Assembly (NCBI GenBank): GCA_030740155.1
Contig: JASLXV010000026.1
Location: 1 to 19,531 of the forward strand
Direction of reading: 5' to 3'
Origin: Dehalococcoidia bacterium
GTDB taxonomy: Bacteria; Chloroflexota; Dehalococcoidia; Lucifugimonadales; UBA3495
Length of the DNA stretch: 19,531 bases
The notes below the pieces were generated by a model. It ran no database searches. It was not told the origin of the DNA and saw only the letters and a program-made list of their open reading frames with translations. The translations under genes and the position numbers were made by a program. Positions 15,215-19,531 of the stretch are shown piece by piece. Within the stretch, counting starts at the first letter, position 1. Each line of letters starts with the position of its first letter.

Positions 15215-17482
15215 CTAGCGGCTTCCGGGCCGGTCCCCTCCGGGCCTGGGTCCGCCGAAGCGAGGCCCACCCCCTGGACCGCTGGGGCGGCGTCCACCGC
15301 CGCCGGGGCCGCCGCGGCCACCGCCGAACCCGCCACCCGGGCGTCCCCGGCCTCGGTCACGGTCAAAGGAAGGGGGGCGGGAGTCGGGACGGGGCCCGGA
15401 TTCCCCACCTTCTTCACCGCCGAACAGGGCGCGGCGCGACAGGTTCAGCCGTCCCTGGAAGTCGATCTCCTGAAGCATGACGGTAATTTCCTGTCCCACT
15501 TTGATCTCTTCTTCCATGTCGCCCATCTCGCCGGAACGGACCAGCCCTTCCCGGCCGGGGACCAGTTCCACGAAGGCGCCGAAGCTGGTGAGCCGGGTTA
15601 CGTGGCCGGTGAATATATCCCCCACCGCCAACTCCCGGGTGAGGCTGTCCACCTTGGAGCGAGCCCGGTCCATCATGGCGGCGTCGACACCGCCGATGGT
15701 GACGCTGCCGTCGTCTTGCACGTCGATGGAGGTCCCGGTTTCTTCGATGATGGCCCGGATGATCCGCCCGCCGGGGCCGATGAGGGCGCCGATCTTTTCC
15801 ACGGGAATCTTGAGCCGCATCATCTTGGGGGCATACGGGCTCATCTGGCTGCGGGGCTCGGAGATGACCTCGTTCATCTTCGCTAGGATGTGCAGCCGGC
15901 CAATCCGGGCCTGCTCCAGTGCCTGGCGCAGGATGTCTTCGTTCAATCCCTTGAGTTTAATGTCCATCTGCAGGGCGTTGATGCCGTCGGCGGTCCCGGC
16001 GACTTTGAAGTCCATGTCCCCGAGGAAGTCTTCAACCCCCTGAATGTCGCTTAAGACGGCGAACTTGCCGTCCTCTCCGGTAATCAGCCCCATCGCAATG
16101 CCGGCGACGTTCTTCTTCATCGGCACCCCGGCGTCCAAGAGCGCCAGTGTGGTGCCGCAGACGCTGCCCATGGAGGTGCTGCCGTTGGAACTGATGGCCT
16201 CCGAGACGACTCGGATGGCGTAGGGGAACTCCTCCTCATTGGGCAGCGCCGGCAGGATGGCCCGCTCCGCCAGGGCGCCATGTCCGATATCGCGGCGGCT
16301 CGGAGAGCCCACGCGCCGGGCCTCCCCGGTGGAGAACGAGGGGAAGTTGTAGTGGTGCATGAACCGCTTGGTGCCGTCCGGGCCCACGGAGTCCAGCTTT
16401 TGGGTCATGCTCATTGACCCCAGCGTAGCCGTGGACAGAATCTGGGTGAGGCCCCGGGTGAAGAGGCCGGAACCGTGGGTGCGGGGCAAGACGCCCACCT
16501 CGCAAGAGATCGGCCGTATTTCAGTAAGGCCGCGCCCGTCGGGCCGGATGCCGTGCTCCAGCACCCGCCCGCGGACCACTTCCTTCAGCACGTTCTTGAA
16601 GCCCGCGCTGATCTCGCTCGGTGCGTACTGTTCGGCCAGTTGATCAACAACCTCTTGCTTGAGCCGGGACTCGCCTTCTTCGCGGACTACTTTGTCGGTG
16701 TTTTCGTCCAGCAGGGCCGCCAGACGACCGTCCAGAATACCCTTGATCTGCCGGTCAATCGCCTCGGCTTCCTCGGTATCGTCGTGGACCTCGGCTTTGG
16801 GCTTGCCGGCCTGGTTGGTCAGCTCCTCGATCAGGTCGATGGCCAACAGGTTTGCCGCGTGGGCGCGCTGGATCCCCTCCAGGACCACTTCCTCCGATAC
16901 CTCGTCGGAGCCCGATTCCACCATCATAATGGCATCGGAAGTGCTGGCCACCACCAGGTTGAGCTGGCTCTCCGCGATCTGCTGGAAGGTGGGGTGTACC
17001 GTGAACTCCCCGTCTTTGTAGGAAACGCGGGCGGCGCCGATGGGTCCCGCGAAGGGAATCTGGGACATGGATAGGGCGGCGGAGGCGCCGATCATGCCCA
17101 GAAGCTCTGGGGGGTGCTCCTGGTCCGCCGATAGGACCGTTATGGTTATCTGGATGTCGTTGTGCAGGCTCTTGGGGAAGAGGGGGCGAATGGACCGGTC
17201 GGTGAGCCGCGCGGCGAGGGTGGCTTCCTGGCCCGGCCGTCCCTCGCGCCGGAAGAAGCTGCCGGGTATCTTTCCCGCGGAATAGAGCCTTTCTTCGTAA
17301 TCCACGGTTAAGGGCAGGAAGTCGATGTCCGCCGCTCGGGGCTTGTCCGACATTACCGCGGTTGCCAGGACGACGGTTTCTCCTTGGGTTATGAGGATCG
17401 ATCCGTGGGCTTGCAGGGCCAGCCTGCCGGTTTCCAAGGTTATCTTGTCTTGTCCAATAGTTCGTTCAACAATTATGGGCAT
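15215..17482 (-). CDS. pnp: Polyribonucleotide nucleotidyltransferase (PNPase)
   Basis: 755 aa. Motifs DFLPLTVDYEER, IPGSFFRREG, RTHGSGLFTRG, SNGSTSMGS and GDMDFKVAG; KH (IGPGG) and S1 domains; Gly/Arg-rich tail. Confidence 0.98.
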   Translation of the reverse strand: MPIIVERTIGQDKITLETGRLALQAHGSILITQGETVVLATAVMSDKPRAADIDFLPLTVDYEERLYSAGKIPGSFFRREGRPGQEATLAARLTDRSIRPLFPKSLHNDIQITITVLSADQEHPPELLGMIGASAALSMSQIPFAGPIGAARVSYKDGEFTVHPTFQQIAESQLNLVVASTSDAIMMVESGSDEVSEEVVLEGIQRAHAANLLAIDLIEELTNQAGKPKAEVHDDTEEAEAIDRQIKGILDGRLAALLDENTDKVVREEGESRLKQEVVDQLAEQYAPSEISAGFKNVLKEVVRGRVLEHGIRPDGRGLTEIRPISCEVGVLPRTHGSGLFTRGLTQILSTATLGSMSMTQKLDSVGPDGTKRFMHHYNFPSFSTGEARRVGSPSRRDIGHGALAERAILPALPNEEEFPYAIRVVSEAISSNGSTSMGSVCGTTLALLDAGVPMKKNVAGIAMGLITGEDGKFAVLSDIQGVEDFLGDMDFKVAGTADGINALQMDIKLKGLNEDILRQALEQARIGRLHILAKMNEVISEPRSQMSPYAPKMMRLKIPVEKIGALIGPGGRIIRAIIEETGTSIDVQDDGSVTIGGVDAAMMDRARSKVDSLTRELAVGDIFTGHVTRLTSFGAFVELVPGREGLVRSGEMGDMEEEIKVGQEITVMLQEIDFQGRLNLSRRALFGGEEGGESGPRPDSRPPSFDRDRGRGRPGGGFGGGRGGPGGGGRRPSGPGGGPRFGGPRPGGDRPGSR

Positions 17483-17537
17483 AGCAATACCTTAATAGGC
17501 CTCTCTAAATAGAATTGAAGTGCGTGCCAGACGTGAA

Positions 17538-17561
17538 ACAACACCCAGGGGAGGGTGTTGC
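17538..17561 (-). terminator. Stem-loop between rpsO and pnp (weak terminator or processing site)
   Basis: 8-bp stem CAACACCC (17539-17546) / GGGTGTTG (17553-17560), followed by a short U run on the minus strand. Confidence 0.5.
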
Positions 17562-17576
17562 GGAAGGTGCGCGAGG

Positions 17577-17843
17577 TTAGCGGCGCAGTCCTAGCCGGGC
17601 GATCAACGCTTGGTAACGGCCCACATCCTCTTTGGTGAGGTAGTTCAAGAGACTCCGGCGCTGGGACACCATGCCAACCAACCCGCGGCGGGAGTGGACG
17701 TCCTTTTTATGGACCCGCAGGTGACCGGTTAGCTGCTTGATCCGCTCGGTCAGTATGGCTATCTGAAGTTCAGTCGAGCCGGTGTCCTTATTGTGGAGGC
17801 GATACTCCGTGGTTATCTGTGCTCTGGTTTCGCCGTCTAGCAT
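17577..17843 (-). CDS. rpsO: 30S ribosomal protein S15
   Basis: 88 aa. Motifs [24 protein letters not shown] and LGLRR. Canonical position upstream of pnp. Confidence 0.98.
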   Translation of the reverse strand: MLDGETRAQITTEYRLHNKDTGSTELQIAILTERIKQLTGHLRVHKKDVHSRRGLVGMVSQRRSLLNYLTKEDVGRYQALIARLGLRR

Positions 17844-17884
17844 GTGTTGTGTGTTGCTCTCTATCCTCTCTTATTATCCATGCG

Positions 17885-17913
17885 ATTATAGCATAGCGAT
17901 TTTCGCAACACAA
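17885..17913 (-). promoter_or_regulatory. Putative rpsO promoter TTGTGT-N17-TATAAT with extended -10 (TGCTATAAT)
   Basis: The + strand has ATTATAGCA at 17885-17893 and ACACAA at 17908-17913. Confidence 0.7.
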
Positions 17914-17998
17914 CGCGTTGGCTCGGCAAAACCGGGCGCCGGCGGTCAGTAAGGGGCTGGCCAGGGCCGGATGCCGCTGCTCGGTTCATCCGCTTCGC

Positions 17999-19051
17999 TC
18001 ACGGACGTCCGACGGCGTCTTCCACTTTCAACTCTTTCATCAGGTCGGTGATCTCTTGCCAGGTCTTCTCTTCCACGAAGATACCCTCTTTACGCCGCCG
18101 TTGCTCGTTGAGGTATTCGATCTCTCCTGGGTAGAGCACCTCGCTGAACCCGGCGGCGGGCGGCGCGGACTTGACGAATTTGGCGAACCCCGCCACCTCT
18201 TTCTTGAACTCGGCCAGCGGCCTGAAGTGGTCCACGTTGAAAACCGCGATGAAACAGCCGTCGTTGTGCTTGGCCTTGGGGTCGATGCCGTACCCCAACC
18301 CGGTCAACAGCCCGGAAAATACCTCTACCATGAAGCCGAGGCCGTAGCCCTTGTGTCCCTGGTCGGCGCCCACCGGCAAAATGGCGCCGCCGGCGTAGTA
18401 GTCGTTGGGATCGGTGGTTGAGTTTCCGTCCTTATCCACTATCCATCCCAGCGGCACCTGTTCCTTACGGTTGCGGGCCAGGCTGATCTTGCCCGCGGCC
18501 ACCGCGCAGGTGGCCATGTCCAGCAGCACCTGGCCCTCCAGGTCGCTGGGCATGCCGAAGCAGATGGGGTTGGTCCCCAGGCGCCGGGCCCGGCCGCCGA
18601 AGGGCGCTACCGCCTTGGGGCCGGCGCCCGAGTCCGCGGTGATCATGCCGATCATTCCTTGCTGGGCGGCCATGGTGGGATAGTCACCCAGCCGGCCGAT
18701 GTGGCTCTGGTAGTGGATGGTGATGGCGGCGACGCCGTGGGTCTTGGCCTTGTCGATGGCCATCTGCATGGCCCGCTCGGTGACCACGAAACCGAAGCCC
18801 CAGTTGCCGTTGATAACCGCGGTGCAGGGCGCTTCCCGCTCCACCACGAAGGGGGCGCCGGGCACGATGTGGCCCTTGTCGATCCGGTCCACGTACTCGG
18901 GGATGTGGATGACGCCGTGGGAGTCGTGGCCGGTCAGGTTGGCCTTGATCTGGTGGGTGGCGACAATCTCCGCCTCGTGGTCCGGGGTGCCCTTGGCCCG
19001 GTATATGTGAACGGCCACCTTATGCAGATATTCGGGAGTGAAAGTTGGCAT
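17999..19051 (-). CDS. Ldh_2 family (malate/L-lactate/ureidoglycolate dehydrogenase-like) oxidoreductase
   Basis: Start reassigned to the ATG at 19051 (MPTFTPEYL, SD GAGGTG), 350 aa. Motifs GHDSHG, SHIGRLG, LGTNP, LDMAT, GHKGYGL and YPGE. Confidence 0.92.
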   Translation of the reverse strand: MPTFTPEYLHKVAVHIYRAKGTPDHEAEIVATHQIKANLTGHDSHGVIHIPEYVDRIDKGHIVPGAPFVVEREAPCTAVINGNWGFGFVVTERAMQMAIDKAKTHGVAAITIHYQSHIGRLGDYPTMAAQQGMIGMITADSGAGPKAVAPFGGRARRLGTNPICFGMPSDLEGQVLLDMATCAVAAGKISLARNRKEQVPLGWIVDKDGNSTTDPNDYYAGGAILPVGADQGHKGYGLGFMVEVFSGLLTGLGYGIDPKAKHNDGCFIAVFNVDHFRPLAEFKKEVAGFAKFVKSAPPAAGFSEVLYPGEIEYLNEQRRRKEGIFVEEKTWQEITDLMKELKVEDAVGRP

Positions 19052-19137
19052 GGGGGTCACCTCTCGGTGCCGTGGATTCGCCTTCCGCCGCCGGGCGTCA
19101 CGGCCGGGCGAGCTAAGGCCGGTGCTTGGCACCATGC

Positions 19138-19166
19138 AGTCTAGTACCGCCTGTGGAGTTTGTCCA
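19138..19166 (-). promoter_or_regulatory. Putative promoter TGGACA-N17-TAGACT for the Ldh_2 gene
   Basis: The + strand has AGTCTA at 19138-19143 and TGTCCA at 19161-19166. Confidence 0.5.
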
Positions 19167-19200
19167 GCGTGGCGGCCTTGGGGTCCTGGCGCCCGCAGCC

Positions 19201-19229
19201 TTGTTGCCCCGACCCAAGCGTGATATTCT
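19201..19229 (+). promoter_or_regulatory. Putative tRNA promoter TTGTTG-N17-TATTCT with extended TG
   Basis: TTGTTG at 19201-19206 and TGATATTCT at 19221-19229, 13 bp upstream of tRNA-Arg. Confidence 0.5.
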
Positions 19230-19242
19230 TTTCCTGTTGCAA

Positions 19243-19317
19243 GCCCCCGTAGCTCAGTGGATAGAGTGCTGGCCTCCGGAGCCAGAGACGAGAGTTCGAC
19301 CCTCTCCGGGGGTACCA
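19243..19317 (+). tRNA. tRNA-Arg(CCG)
   Basis: 75 nt. Acceptor GCCCCCG/CGGGGGT, D arm GCTC/GAGT, anticodon arm CTGGC-CTCCGGA-GCCAG, T arm GAGAG-TTCGACC-CTCTC, encoded CCA. Confidence 0.97.
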
Positions 19318-19322
19318 TCGGC

Positions 19323-19412
19323 GGGAAATCCCCCCAACCCCCCTTTACGAAAGGGGGGAGAAACAGCCCTCCAATCCCCTTTTGGTAAAGCGGGATGAAA
19401 TGGGGGATTCCC
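19323..19412. repeat. Composite palindromic repeat (CCCCCCTTT-ACG-AAAGGGGGG type) in the tRNA spacer
   Basis: Outer inverted repeat GGGAAATCCCCC / GGGGGATTCCC encloses two related CCCCTTT..AAAG(C)GGG hairpins. Confidence 0.8.
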
Positions 19413-19451
19413 ACTGGCAGGGAAGAGCCTTTGGCGCGGCGGCGGAGACGG

Positions 19452-19526
19452 CGGGGCGTGGCCCAGCGGTAGGGCGCCTGGTTTGGGACCAGGAGGTCGG
19501 CAGTTCGATTCTGCCCGCCCCGACCA
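19452..19526 (+). tRNA. tRNA-Pro(TGG)
   Basis: 75 nt. Acceptor CGGGGCG/CGCCCCG, D arm GCCC/GGGC, anticodon arm CCTGG-TTTGGGA-CCAGG, T arm GGCAG-TTCGATT-CTGCC, encoded CCA. Confidence 0.97.
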
Positions 19527-19531
19527 GATAC

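Noticed and set aside
14778..15886. ORFs 14778-15176, 14920-15417 and 15020-15886
   Set aside because: Made of repeat-derived translation (WIPAFAGMT) and alternative or antisense frames of the GC-rich pnp tail.
19052..19414. 121-aa N-terminal extension of the Ldh_2 ORF
   Set aside because: Runs antisense through tRNA-Arg and a repeat; the ATG at 19051 has an SD and a promoter candidate.
1..19531. CRISPR array, transposase, integrase, or duplicated tRNA 3' end marking an island
   Set aside because: No regularly spaced repeats, no recombinase ORF, and no second copy of either tRNA 3' end noticed in the window.

Overview
GC-rich bacterial chromosomal window. A Chloroflexota/Dehalococcoidia (SAR202-like) origin is my inference from gene content and from motifs in the remnant genes; it is not proven. 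The right half is housekeeping: purQ, a YqeY-family gene, purA, dapA-asd-dapB, pnp, rpsO, an Ldh_2-family oxidoreductase, tRNA-Arg(CCG) and tRNA-Pro(TGG). The left half is accessory or catabolic: a tandem acyl-CoA dehydrogenase pair of the heteromeric FadE26/27-like type, a tandem-domain VOC protein, a D-2-hydroxyacid dehydrogenase, a SAM methyltransferase, a small VOC protein and an EamA transporter. The less ordinary material is intergenic. (i) A ~410-nt hairpin-dense region with possible long-range helices lies between a near-consensus sigma70 promoter and the ACAD pair; it is a candidate structured leader or ncRNA that I cannot match to a family I know. (ii) A ~150-bp MITE-like element with 15-bp imperfect terminal inverted repeats and a REP-like core occurs as two full copies and one deleted copy. 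(iii) There is a frameshifted GAF-domain remnant and a ~31-codon AAA_16 ATPase remnant. (iv) Several other short palindromic or tandem repeats are present. I found no CRISPR array, transposase, integrase or recognisable defence system.
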